Shown here: positions 48,588-60,282 of the stretch, piece by piece | Numbering within the stretch: position 1 is the stretch's first letter | Layout of the letters: the number at the start of each line of letters is the position of its first letter | Source: Zootoca vivipara | Lineage: Eukaryota | DNA length: 64,000 nucleotides | Direction: 5' to 3' | NCBI RefSeq assembly: GCF_963506605.1 | Contig: NC_083281.1 | Span: 78,306,001 to 78,370,000 of the forward strand | Notes under the pieces: model-generated | The model's database searches: none | What the model saw: the letters and a program-made list of their open reading frames with translations, nothing else | What the model was told of the DNA's origin: nothing | Translations under genes and position numbers: made by a program

Positions 48588-51500
48588 GCGCTGCCCGACA
48601 TGGGCGCCTGGGGGGCACTGTGAGAACTGGACGCTAATAAAAATAAATAAATAATAAATCGACCAAGGAGGAAACGTATGTTATCTTCTTTTTATAAGCG
48701 GGAACGCTTCCTCGCCAAAGGATTTCAATGGTGTGTGTAGATAGGAGGCACGCTTGTCCACACGCACACACACTTCGTTTCCCCGAAGCTCATCTTGCAA
48801 TCGCAAGGGGGCAGCTGGAGACAGGACTGTGGGAAATCGGAGAACCACCCACAGCCACCGGCTGAAGGAGAAAATGGCAAGCTGAATCCCCCATCTCTCT
48901 CCCGAAAAAGATCGCGCAGGCAACTAGCTCCTTTTGCCGCCTGCCCCTAATGGAGGGGTGTATTTGGGCTTCCCGGCTCAGAGACCTATTCCCCCACCCC
49001 ACCCCCGATTGTAAAGACAAATCGCAAACGTAACTATTGTAAATAAAGGTATCTGGTACTCTGTGCAACGCCGCGAATCTCAAGTGTGTTATTAGTGTAG
49101 TAATAGCAGACTTGTAGCCAACTTACCGTAGTGTAGACCCGTGGATATTGTTGGACCCAAGTCAATCAGGTCAATTAACTTCAAGGGGTCTAACTCTGAC
49201 TAGAACAATTATCCTACTGAACTTTACTCAGCACAGGCCCATAGACATAAACGAGTCTAAGTTATTCTGGCCGGTTCATTTTAGTGGGTTTACTTTGAGC
49301 TGTACTCACGCTGATACAAATCAATGGTACTACATCTGATAACAATAAAGCTTTGGAGCAGCAACAACTGATATCGTAAATTTCGTTCTCCCATTCTGAC
49401 CATCCATGTTCCTGTTGCGCGTAAAGAATACTTGCTGACAATATTATATATTAAATATATACACAGGGTAAAATGTTTGCCTTCCCAACCGGCTGAAATA
49501 TCAACTCTTCCTTCCTTCCTTCTATGTTTCTCACCAGCTTTCTGTTCCTGCAGCTACTTATAATAGTGGGAAGGACCAAGCAAAGAGACCAAGGCTGCCT
49601 CTCTGCCCATTTACTTGGAAGTAAGTCCCACTGAATTCAGTTAATTTTACTTCGGAGTAAACTTGCACTTTTGGGAATACAGTACTGCAATCCCCAGGCA
49701 CACTTAATTGGGAGTAAACCCAACCGAAGCCTACGTGGGAATTTGGCGTATACTCGCTTCCGATGGGGCTGGAAGTCTCCGGAGGTTTTGCTTCCGAGTA
49801 AACATGCAACAGGCTCGGTTTACAGAGTTTGAAAATGCCACTGATTTCACGCGCTTTACCTCTCTCCCATTTCAAATCGAAGCGATTGCCAGGAAGCTTA
49901 AAAGTGCGGGATCGTGCCCCTTTTCAGAGGAGTCTTAACTGAGAGGATGGAGACGAGGAATCACCTACAGACGGCTGGATAGAGACAGTCTCCGGCAAGA
50001 AAAGAAACCCTGTTGTTTAGAAGCTGGTTTCCTACTTTTAAAACGATTTCCACTTTCAGCTAATAAGCTATATTATGCGTTGGAAGAGTTTGGAAGACTC
50101 GAGAAGTGCTAACATGCACTTACCCAATTTTTGATTTAATATGCCTTGATGTGCAGGTTTGCACGAAAGCGAGGCATTACCTTGTAGCCGTTTCTTTTAA
50201 TAATAATAACAATCCTCCAACGAAATACTGTGGATGCGTTGAACAAACGCACAGAAAAGCAAGAGGAAGAGAAGCAGGACGTTTGGAAATCGATTACACT
50301 CTTCTTTGTTTTGCTTTAAGGGAAGGGCAGGCAGAAATTTAGTCTCTGAATACATCCTTTTTTTTAACGCAGAAATGCCTCCGTTCAAAACTGTTTTTTA
50401 ATCGGCTTTAGAATAAACGGGGGCGGCGGCGGGGGTTCGTCTAAAAGGGTCCATCCGGTGTTAATTACGGCTTCCAAAAGCCTGGAAACGCCTCCAGATT
50501 CGTTGTATTCTTCCCCACTTTTCAAAAGCAGGAGCAGGCAGCCTGAAGTGGCTGCGGGATCGCGGTTGATTGCTAAACGTTTCTTGCCCGGGCGTTTTGC
50601 AAAAGAAGAAGAAAACCCGTTTATAGGACTATTTTAAGTTTTTCCATGCCAGATCTGAAAACTCACCGCCCTTCTCCCCTCCTCCTCGCACCCCAAGGAC
50701 ATAAATGCACACACACACACAAAAAGGTTGGTCCGGGTTTGTTCAAAGGTAGCTACTGTTCCTTTTTTTCCACCAGCTTTCTAACAGCTGAATTTTTTTT
50801 AGTAACATTGTAGATGTAGGCTAGAAAGACCCCTCCCCAACCCAAGACTGCAAACCCGATCTGCTTGTTTTGCCCCCTCCCACCCTGCCCTCCGAAATAT
50901 TAAAGCCTCCGGGTAACTCTCTCCCACCCACAAGCGAACAAAAATTAACCTAAATCGGTTTTTTCCTTTTCTTTTTCTTTTTTGCTGCATTTCTAAAGCC
51001 ATAGATACGTCGTCTGACAAAGGGTTGATTTTTTTTTAAAGAGAATTTTATTTACAGGTACTAGTTCACAAGTTATTAGGATGCAGCCATGATGCCCTAC
51101 TCAGAGTAGACCCATTGACATCATTGACCAGCCGTGTCTATTCATTTCATAGGTCCTACTTCTGAGTAGGACTGAGGTCGGCTACAGACCCATGATTAAG
51201 TTCCCAATCATGACAATTATGCAGACAATCGCCTAATTTATGGTAATTAACAGTCAGAGAGAGCAAATATTATAACGAGCTTCAAACGACCCCAACACGA
51301 CCGCCTCCTTTTTCCTGCTGTTGATAGAAACGTAATTAGCCAAATGCATCACCCGAAAAAGAGGGTTTTTATGGGGGCGGGGAGAAACAATAATTTCTTA
51401 TGGGATTTGGAAAATCCACCAGGATTTTAATTTTATTTTTAATTAAAGTTTTAAGGGACCAGGAAGGAGCAATGGAAAGATGGGCTCTATCCGAGAGACG

Positions 51501-52864
51501 CTGCTTCCCCCAGCTGGTTTAAAACCGGCATTTATTGCAGCAAACAATAATATCTATTAAATGAATACAGAGCGTTTAAGCCAAAGCGCGTTTTGCCTCT
51601 CCAAAAAAGCTCCCCTGGCTGCCTAGCCGGATTTGAAAAATAAATGCCGCAGCGGTGAGGCTTGCCTCCGAGTAGACCCGCTGCCGGCCAGCTGCCGAAA
51701 ACCTGTAACGACGTTCAGTTATTTCCAGCAAACGGCTGCGGAGAATGGTTTAAAATGAAATAAAATAAGAAGAGATGAAGACATTCTTAAAAGGCGAGGA
51801 GCAGTAAGCATTTGGGTTGGTGATCCAGCAGAAAGTTCCACTTTACTCCAACCTTACACAGAAATCTTCAAAGTCTGCCTCTACTCAGAAGTAAACTGAG
51901 TTATGTAGGGGTTTATGACCCGGAAAGCGGGTACAGGATCTGGATGGCAGCCTTAGAGCTCTGATCTTAGAGGGGCTTACTCATAAGTAAATCTGCATTC
52001 CCTTCAGGCAGGGTGGCGCGCGCCTAGGTATTTCTTTATAAAAAAAGGGTTGCAGCTTTAAAGGGAAAAGAGAAACCAAACGCACAGAGAAAATATATAT
52101 GTTCAAGGAGTCCCAAGAGAGCAATTACTCCCAGAGAGGCAAGTTTTTAAAACAAGGAGGCGACGGCCCTCTTTTTAATTCGGATTAACACCTCCCGCCA
52201 ACGAGCAGCGACGGAATTCGCGCTTGACTCCTTTCCAAAGATCCCGCGCCTCCCTCCTCCCCGAGGCAGTTTGGCGAGCCGTCGACCAACCAGGCAACCT
52301 GGCGCGGAATCGGGGCCCTTTCTCCCCAACTTGCTCCCACCATCCCCACCTCCCTCCCTTTCTCCTGCTGCCTGTTCTCGCTAGCCCCTGCCGCCTTTGC
52401 GCCTGTATAATTATTAGCCATTAATTGGGTTCAGGACCTCGTTCACCGGCGGTGGGGTGGGGTGGGGAGGATGGTGACCCAAGAACTCCCCAGAAGAGAC
52501 GTGGAGGAGGGGGTGGGGGGAGAAGCGAAGGCAGGATCCAACGATTCCTTTGAGGGCAATGCCCAACTATTAAAGGGGTGGGTGGAAAACTTCTTTAGCT
52601 GCAACAAGGGACCAAAGGGGGGGAATTAAATTAAGGCACCGCTCCTGGCCAAGGAAAAAGGGTGCTTTTGGGTCTCCCCCTTCGCTTCCTTTTATTTTCA
52701 ATTCAGGTTGTTCCGTGCCAGGAGCTTACTGGAACAGCCTGGCCGAAGGGGGAGGAGGAAGGGACATGAACTACACAATCAAAAAAAGGGCGTGTGGAGA
52801 AAAAAGTTTCGCTAGGCTGCTCTGCCGCTTTGCCAGGAGGGTGTGTGCGCGCACTGCAGAAGAT

Positions 52865-53040
52865 AGGAACATAGGCCTAAGTCAGATAGGAACTTTGGCC
52901 TAAGTCAGACCACTGGTCCATCCAACTCAGTAGAGTCTACACTGGCTGGCAGCAGCTCTCCAGGGGTTCAGGCAGGGAGACTTCATCTTGAGATGCTAAG
53001 GATCGAACCTGGGACCTTCTGCATGCAAAGCAGGTGCTAT
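52865..53040 (-). mobile_element. Squam2-like SINE with a 23-bp tandem duplication in its tail
   Basis: TAGGAAC…GGCCTAAGTCAGA twice, then GTCTACACTGGCTGGCAGCAGCTCTCCAGG…GGACCTTCTGCATGCAAAGC. Confidence 0.7.
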
Positions 53041-53347
53041 TAATAAAATAATGAATAAATAAATAATAAATTCTTCTCGACAAGACCCTTTGCCCAAACA
53101 CACTTAGAGCCAAACTTACAACCCACAACAAGCACCCCTGTAATGCTATTGTGTGTTCTTCAAAGAGCATCATGCATTTATGTTCTTACACTACAACTCT
53201 GCAAGTTTGTCTATATTAGTACCCCTTTATTTTATACACACCTATCCTATTTATTGGATATGAGTTCTCTGCACCCAAGGCCCCAGGCCTATACCCCCTT
53301 AATTGAGAGCAAGCTCCATTGAAGTCAATGGGAAGAGGAGGCATGTA

Positions 53348-53887
53348 TAGTGGAACTTCGGTTTACGAACACCTCGGTTTATGAATTTTCAGTTTACGAA
53401 TGATTGTTACCCGGAAGTAAGTAAACCAAGGTTTCAGAGGCCTCCAGAGGCCTCCACGGAGGCATCAGAGCAAAGGCCCAGCCTCCGTGAAGGCATCAGA
53501 CGCCTTCACAGAGGCCCGGAGCCATGAATGCATTGTGATTGTGGAAGAGGACCCCGAGCCCCCATCCAAACAATGACTATCATCAGCCCAGGTAAGAAAT
53601 AAATGTTAATTTTTTTTCACCTAAAGTAATTTTTTTCACCTAAAATACTGTCTGATTTATTTTATAGTACAGTACATTGATTATTGCCTTCATTTTATGG
53701 ATCAATGGCCTCATTAGACAGTAAAATTCATGTTAAATTGCCGTTTTAGGGGGTATTTTTCGTCGTCTGGAATGGATTAATCCACTTTCCATTACTTTCA
53801 ATGGGAAAATTCACTTCAGGTTAAGTACGCTTCAGTTTAAGTACAGACTTCATGAACCAATTGTGGTTGTAAACCGAGGTACCACTG
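53348..53887. mobile_element. Tigger/pogo-like non-autonomous element
   Basis: TA|TAGTGGAACTTCGGTTTAC … GTAAACCGAGGTACCACTG. Confidence 0.8.
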
Positions 53888-54394
53888 TCTAAAATAAAAC
53901 TGCTAGGACATGTGCAAAGCTAAGCAGGATCTGGTATGGTTTCACACTGGATGGGAAACTGTGTTGTTGAGATACCCACATTGCAGTGGCTTGGATTAGA
54001 TGACCCTCGGGACCCCTTCTGACTCAGCAATTCTACGATTCTAAGTGTATGGTGAAGGCAGCAGGCACTGTCCACTGAACTCAACAAGTCTTACTTCAGA
54101 GGAGACATTGTGCTGTCAGTGCTGTGCTTGTTTGCTTGGTTACTCCATTCATTTGTGTTCTTGATCACTTAATTTTAGCTGCTCTTATTTCAACTGTAAA
54201 TCACCTCGAAACTCTTACCAGGGGAAAAAGGTGAAGTATAAATAAATATATAACAACAGCAACAATTTGTACCATCATTCAGTAGGTAAAATTACATTTG
54301 TTGTGCTACTTGGGTTCATTTTAGTTTCCCACTACCAAACCAAACCAAACCAAACCAAACCATTACTTGATATGCTGGCAGCAACACTGAGCAT

Positions 54395-54726
54395 AAGCAC
54401 ATAATGAGAGCCTGCTGGATCAGGCCAATGGCCCATCTAGTCCAGTAACATGTTCCTATGCAGTGGCCAACCAGAAGCCTGTGGGAAACCCACAAGGAGG
54501 ATCCCAATCCTCTCCCCTGCTGTGGCTTCCAGAAACTGGCATTCAGAAACATTGCTGCCTCCAACTGCAGAGGCCGAGCAAAGTCATCATGGCTAGTTGT
54601 CATCGACAGCCCTCTCCTCCATGGATATGACTTGCCCTCTTTTAAAGTCATCTAAGTTGGTGTCCAGCCTCACAGCCTCCTATGGGAGTGGGTTCTGTAG
54701 TTCAACTACGTGCTGCGTGAAAAAGT
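54395..54726 (-). mobile_element. CR1 LINE 3' end
   Basis: GAGAGCCTGCTGGATCAGGCCAATGGCCCATCTAGTCCAG…; similar fragments near 9300, 25200, 30330 and 62120-62330. Confidence 0.7.
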
Positions 54727-56788
54727 TGTGGGATGGAACACTGGGGCAGACAAGTCACAACAATTCCTAGAGTGTCCACTAACAGGAACTCACCTGGAGG
54801 GACACCTGACTAAGTTCCTCCAGATATGCAGATGAGATGGATTAGCTGGGACAAAAGCCCCTAGCCCAGGGGTGTCAAACTCAAATTCATCAGGGGCCGC
54901 ATCAGCAGTTTGGTCACCCTCAAAGGGCCGGTTGTGTCTGTAGGACTATGTGTCCACTCTTTATTATCATAAATTATTGTCACTGCATTCAATTATTACT
55001 GTTTTTTGTAATAATGTAAGCTCATTCCCGCCCCCACGCGGATCACATTCCTGCGTCGTGGCGCGTGTGTGGGAGGGGATGTAAACGAGGGAAATTTGAA
55101 CAAAAGGTGGGGATTGACGGCTTGGGGGGGGCCTCAACTAAACCTTTGGCAGGAAGGAGAAAGCCACTGCTGGGATTAAAAACCTGCAGATGGAAAGAGG
55201 GCTTCCCTCTCCCGCCCTGCGCACACCCAAACCCCGCTAGGCAGGATGCCACACGCTGTAACCCACCCCATGCTTTGGAGAGGGGCAGGAACATGCGGTG
55301 CAGCGCCAACTCCCTGCTTTGCTTTTGCATCCTCCCTCCTCAGCGCCAGAGTCCCTTCCCCTCGCGCTGAGGGAGGGCAGCGGATTTCCCGAGGAGGAAG
55401 GCGGCGGCAGCCCCAGCGGACGTGCATCTTCGCCTCAGAGCTGCTCTTTCCCCCACCCGCGCTGTTGTCGTCTTCGCCGCCGCCTCTCCCTACCGGGACT
55501 GCAGGCAGAGGAGGCTTGAAAACCTCCCCCCCCCCAAAAATCCCCTCCCACCTACTCAAACCGCGAGGCGACTCCATCTGGAGCCCTACATCACGAGGGG
55601 CTGAGAGGAGGCGGCGGCAGAGCGGGAAGAGCAGGAACCCGTGCCGTCGCCGCCTCCTCCCTCCCGGCCGCCCCCCGGGGAGCAGCTCCGCCGGAACTGA
55701 GAAGCCAAAGGGCGGCTTGGGGGTGGGGGGCAGAGCAAAAGCCAGGCACCCTCCCGAGTGTCTATGAGGAGAAAACGGGGGAAGAGGGAAGAGAAACCCG
55801 GCTCCATCAAGAGAGCGGCTGTTGCGCTTCACCTACTTCCCCCTCAGGCTCACTCCGCGTCCCTTTCGACCGCTCGTTCGCCCACCTCCCGGATGCAGCC
55901 GAGGAGAGGAAGGGAAGCGGCGGGCGGCGGCTCCCCAGTGCCGCCTCACTCACTCTCGGAGACAACAGCAAAGCCCGCCCAAAAAAAATCCAGCGCTGCT
56001 CCGTCCCGGCACCAACTTTGCCGGCAGCGCCTGTAGGGCTTTCCTACCTCCTCGGCGGGCTTCCTCCTCCTGCTGCATCTCACTTCCCCATCTGGCCGCT
56101 GTGCCACCGCCTCCCTCAGCCTCATTCGAAATTGAAATTCCCTAGCCAAGGCCGTCAGCGCGGCTCCAGCGCCCTGGCCTCCGCCTGCAGCCCCGCCCCC
56201 GGTCTTGACCCTCGGCCAATCGCAGGCTCCAGAACTACTGTCAGCGGTTATTGTCGGCGGCGGCTACGCGGGCCACATGACGAGGTCTGGCGGGCCGGAT
56301 TAGGCCCCCGGGCCTTGTGTTTGACACCCGTGCCCTAGCCAGCAGCCATTCTCTCTCTTAGCCTTCTCTCCTTCGATGGGAACACATCTCCAGAGAATCT
56401 CCAGTTAGGATGGTTCTCCCTCTTGGCCTGCAGCCAAGAGAGAGACCAGATGGAGCCTTACTCTACTAAGAAGACTCCAGATGTACATAGTTGTAACTTT
56501 TCTACATAAGCCTGCCTTTCTGAGATTATGCTGTTAACTCAGGATGAAACTGTAAGTAAACTCTATCTTATTTTATGAAAACTGTGTTGTGTATTTCTTT
56601 TAAGAGGGACAAAAGGGGACTTTGCTAGGAAGTATAATATTGTACAGGTTTTAGCAAACCTGAATGCACATGCTTTGCTGCGCACAAAAGGGGAATGTCA
56701 CTCTGCTGATATTGGAAGCTTGCTAACACAAGCTTGGATAGGATCTATCTAATAATATATCCTAATCCACATCCCTAACATTCCCACA
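54727..56788 (+). mobile_element. Solo LTR (about 590 bp) interrupted by a hAT insertion
   Basis: TG…CA ends with 7-bp terminal inverted repeat TGTGGGA/TCCCACA, 5-bp TSD AAAGT (54722-54726, 56789-56793), TATA-like GGGACAAAAG and AGTAAA poly(A)-like signal near 56555. Confidence 0.75.
54867..56332. mobile_element. 1466-bp non-autonomous hAT (Charlie/MER30-like TIR) with CpG-island-like cargo
   Basis: TIR CAGGGGTGTCAAAC / GTTTGACACCCGTG, perfect 8-bp TSD CCCTAGCC (54859-54866, 56333-56340), no transposase similarity. Confidence 0.92.
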
Positions 56789-57434
56789 AAAGTGCTGAGC
56801 AGAGCAGTTGTTTCTCCATCCCAGATGCCCTGGGAATTTCAGTGCTCCATGAAATTTGGAGGAAAGCACATGGTAGATGCCACACCCACATACAAAGGTC
56901 GCCCATCTGTTGAGACCACCATTTCACCTGCAGATAGCAGAAGGTCTTGGGGCTCCAGAAGAGCCCCACAACGACATGCTGTCCTGGGCCTTACGGTGAA
57001 GGTGACTGTCAAAATCAACACAGTCATAGTTGCCATTGGTGGCATAGGGAAGTGGAGGCTGGTACCCATTATGACTTGCCAACGAGAGGCAAAGATAACT
57101 TCTGGCTTTGTTCCCATCTGCTTCCTCCACGCTGTTGAGTTCTGCAAGACTAAGGAGCAGGAAGCTGGTGGACAGTGCCACCCCCTGGACTGTAGGTAGG
57201 AAGTTGCAATTAGGAAAGCAGGCAGGTGGGAGCTGGGAAGAGGCCAGACTGAAATGGGTGGGGCAGTGCCTCAGTCTCCCTAATGGACCAGCCTCCACTG
57301 GTGCAACACCCCACTTCTGGCAGATATGAATCCTCAGTGGGGATCATAATCGTTCTGGTTCCTTTTTTTGTTTGGGAACAAATGGATTTCCCTCCCCTGT
57401 TCTGAAATGAATTTGCACCTCTGTTTACTTGCTT

Positions 57435-57437
<3 letters not shown>

Positions 57438-57471
<34 letters not shown>
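57438..57471. repeat. (CA)n microsatellite
   Basis: Directly visible. Confidence 0.95.
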
Positions 57472-57475
<4 letters not shown>

Positions 57476-59542
57476 TTATTTATCCCACCTTTCATTGTAA
57501 ACGCCCTCGAGGCAACTTAAAAACCATCACCAAAACAGTAAAAGTACCCTATCCAAATTAAACATCACAAACTTCAAATGAAATGCGCAGTGTAGCCCAC
57601 AAATGAAAAGCGGCAAATGGAACAGTTCTTAGCAGCAGCCAAAAACCAAATACAAGAATGTTAAATACCACTCAAACTAAGAGGGAGGGAGCAGGGATCG
57701 ACTCGGCCCGCTGTCTGAACAGCAGTGGCATTAGGCGGAGGGCAACAGGCTGAAGGGCAAAGGGTGTAGCGTGGCTCAGTGACAGAGCATCTGCTTTGCA
57801 TGCAGATAGCCGCCGGTTCATCCCAGTAAGCATCTCTGGGTAAGGCTGGGAGAGACCCCTGTTTAAATCTGTTTCTAGCTTACTTTTGAATTTAATTATT
57901 TCTTAATGTTCTAAATAGCTGTTTTTAATTGCTTACTGTTTTCTTATTTTTGTAAATCACGCTGAGGTCATTTTTTTCTTACTCTCAAGTGGTATGGGGT
58001 TTTTACGAAACTAAATAAAGACTGGATGATGGTGAAACTGACATTCCTTGCTCTGCCCACTTTGGGCATTTGGCCCCCCCAAAGGTTTTCTGGAAGGCAA
58101 TGTGGCCCTTAGGTTGAAAAAGGAGCTCACCCCATTGAAATCAAACGGGCATCTATAGAAACAAAGACCCAAATGTTTTCAGCTTTCAACATCCTTAATA
58201 GTTAGGACTGTGGCTTTCCAATGTGTTTCTACCTTTTTTTTTAAGACATCCCTTTTGCACCATAAATGCATGCAAAGGATATTCTGTTTTGCACATCTAA
58301 AAAGCAATGCCCCCCCACCTCATTATGTACCAGAAAATAGGGATGATCCAAAATGAATGATAAACACGAAAGTTCCCCCCTCCTCACCCCCTTGCTTTCC
58401 CTTCCCCCCCTGAAAAACAGAAGTGTGGAATTGGGGGTGAGGGAAGGGGGGTTGCAGCTTCTGATTAACTCCCCTTGGTTCCAAGGTGAGCGGAGCACAA
58501 GTCTCTGATGGGCTGGCAACATATTTTATTCATTTAAGACACAATGAAACTCTCAAACGCAAGCTGGTTAGAGGCATAATTCAAGAGAGGTGGAGGAAGA
58601 ACTTATGGGGTGTGAGGTGATTTTGCAGTAAGCTCTGATTCACTGGAGGAGAGTGCTGTAGACAGGGCGGGGGTGGGGGTGGGGGTGGGAAGACTAGAAA
58701 CATGCGAATGGAGAAGTACTTTTGAGATTTCTCAGAAAATGAGAGAGCGGGAAGCCTCACTGGATGGGAAATATTTTGAAAAGCAAAATCATCTTCCCGC
58801 ATGGATATTGTTAATATCAGTAGTACTGTTTCATTTATAATGTGGAAATATCAAAGCATAAATGGGGTGGAGAGAGAAAATAGCTAAGGATGGAGAGGTT
58901 CAAGGGTTGGATTGTCTAAAATGGAAAGGGCCGATTTTGGAAACTTTCCTTTGTGCCAGAGGAAGAATCCGACGTGGGGAGAAGTTTGATTCCGTTCACT
59001 TCTAATTTTGAGTCCGTCACACTGCCACTTTCTGAAACAAGGCGAGAAGAACCAAAACTCACCCTGATCAGAATTTCGTGATGCAGTTTTCCAACTATGT
59101 CCATGGAAATCCACACGCCAGGGTAAAGGGTGCATATAGAAGCATTGATTTGTGAAAATACAAAATGCATTCTGTTAAAAAAAGACCGCTTGCCAAAATG
59201 TGTAGACTGGTAAAAACTCCAAGCAAAAATTTTTTAAAGAGCTTTGCACTAAATTGTGGATGAATTTAAGAGGATTTTTCTCTTTAAGAAAAATCTAATT
59301 GCTGTGGAGATGTGGAGAATTGGATTTAAGATTGGAAGAAGCTCAAATAGAGAGCATGGAAATGGACAGAAACTTCCATTCCCCAAAGCATCTGCTTTGC
59401 ATGCAAAAGGTCTCGGGTCCAGTCTCCCCACAACCTCATCCTAAACCTCCAGGCCAAGCTAGGAGAGACTCATGTTTGAAAGCCTGGAGAGCCACTGCCA
59501 GTCAAAGTAGACAATACTGAACCAGATGATCCAATGGTTAGA

Positions 59543-59733
59543 CATGGGCCTAACCAGAATTTTTGTTGGGGGGGGGAGCCAAGGTTGTTGAGCTTTTTGG
59601 GGGGGATTCATGGGTAAATATCCTCCCAAAGGCTTTGTTGGGAGGGGGCAGGCTTCTCCAGGGGTGGGGCAGAACCTAATTGAGTACTTTCAATGCTTTT
59701 CGATAATTTTTGTGGACCTTGGCTACGCCCATG
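59543..59733. mobile_element. hAT-like MITE inserted in a Squam2-like SINE (SINE about 59385-59765)
   Basis: CATGGGCCTAACCAG / CTTGGCTACGCCCATG; TSD TGGTTAGA/TGGTCAGA; the SINE tail resumes afterwards (TAAGGCAGTTTCTT). Confidence 0.8.
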
Positions 59734-59942
59734 TGGTCAGATAAGGCAGTTTCTTGTGTTCCTATTTAACACACTCTACAGTCTTCTATTGGTTCAGTTT
59801 GACAAAGAAGTTGATATTTTAAGCATAGGATGTCTTTATGAAATATCCCCCCCTTAAAAATGATCCAGTTTATTCTATTGTCAGTTATTTTCTCTCTCCA
59901 CCCCATCATTTTCTTCCACAGTTTTCAAATTATAAATGGTAA

Positions 59943-60282
59943 AGGTTAAGGGACCCCTGACCGTTTGGTCCAGTTGTGGACAACTCTGGGGTTGCGGCGC
60001 TCATCTCGCTTTACTGGCCGAGGGAGCCGGCGTACAGCTTCCGGGTCATGTGGCCAGCATGACTAAGCCGCTTCTGGCGAATCAGAGTAGTGCACGGAAA
60101 CACCGTTTACCTTCCTGCTGGAGTGGTACCTATTTATCTACTTGCACTTTGATGTGTTTTCAAACTGCTAGGTGGGCAGGAGCTGGGACCGAGCAACGGG
60201 AGCTCACCCCGTCACGGGGATTCGAACCCTGATCAGCAAGCCCTAGGCTCTGTGGTTTAACCCACAGCGCCACCCGTATCCC
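59943..60282 (-). mobile_element. Sauria (POM/Squam1) SINE, full length
   Basis: Perfect 13-bp TSD TTATAAATGGTAA (59930-59942, 60283-60295); similar to the 17708 copy. Confidence 0.93.

Larger units (their letters stand above)
33200..52860. promoter_or_regulatory. Broad CpG-enriched domain (methylation valley / Polycomb-type domain) around PRDM16
   Basis: CpG frequency is visibly higher than in the flanks over about 20 kb, with few large young TEs. Boundaries judged by eye. Confidence 0.65.

Noticed and set aside
55176-55832. 218-aa (and 173-aa antisense) ORFs as a gene or transposase
   Set aside because: Low-complexity GC-driven ORFs inside a non-autonomous hAT, with no DDE, BED or dimerisation motifs.
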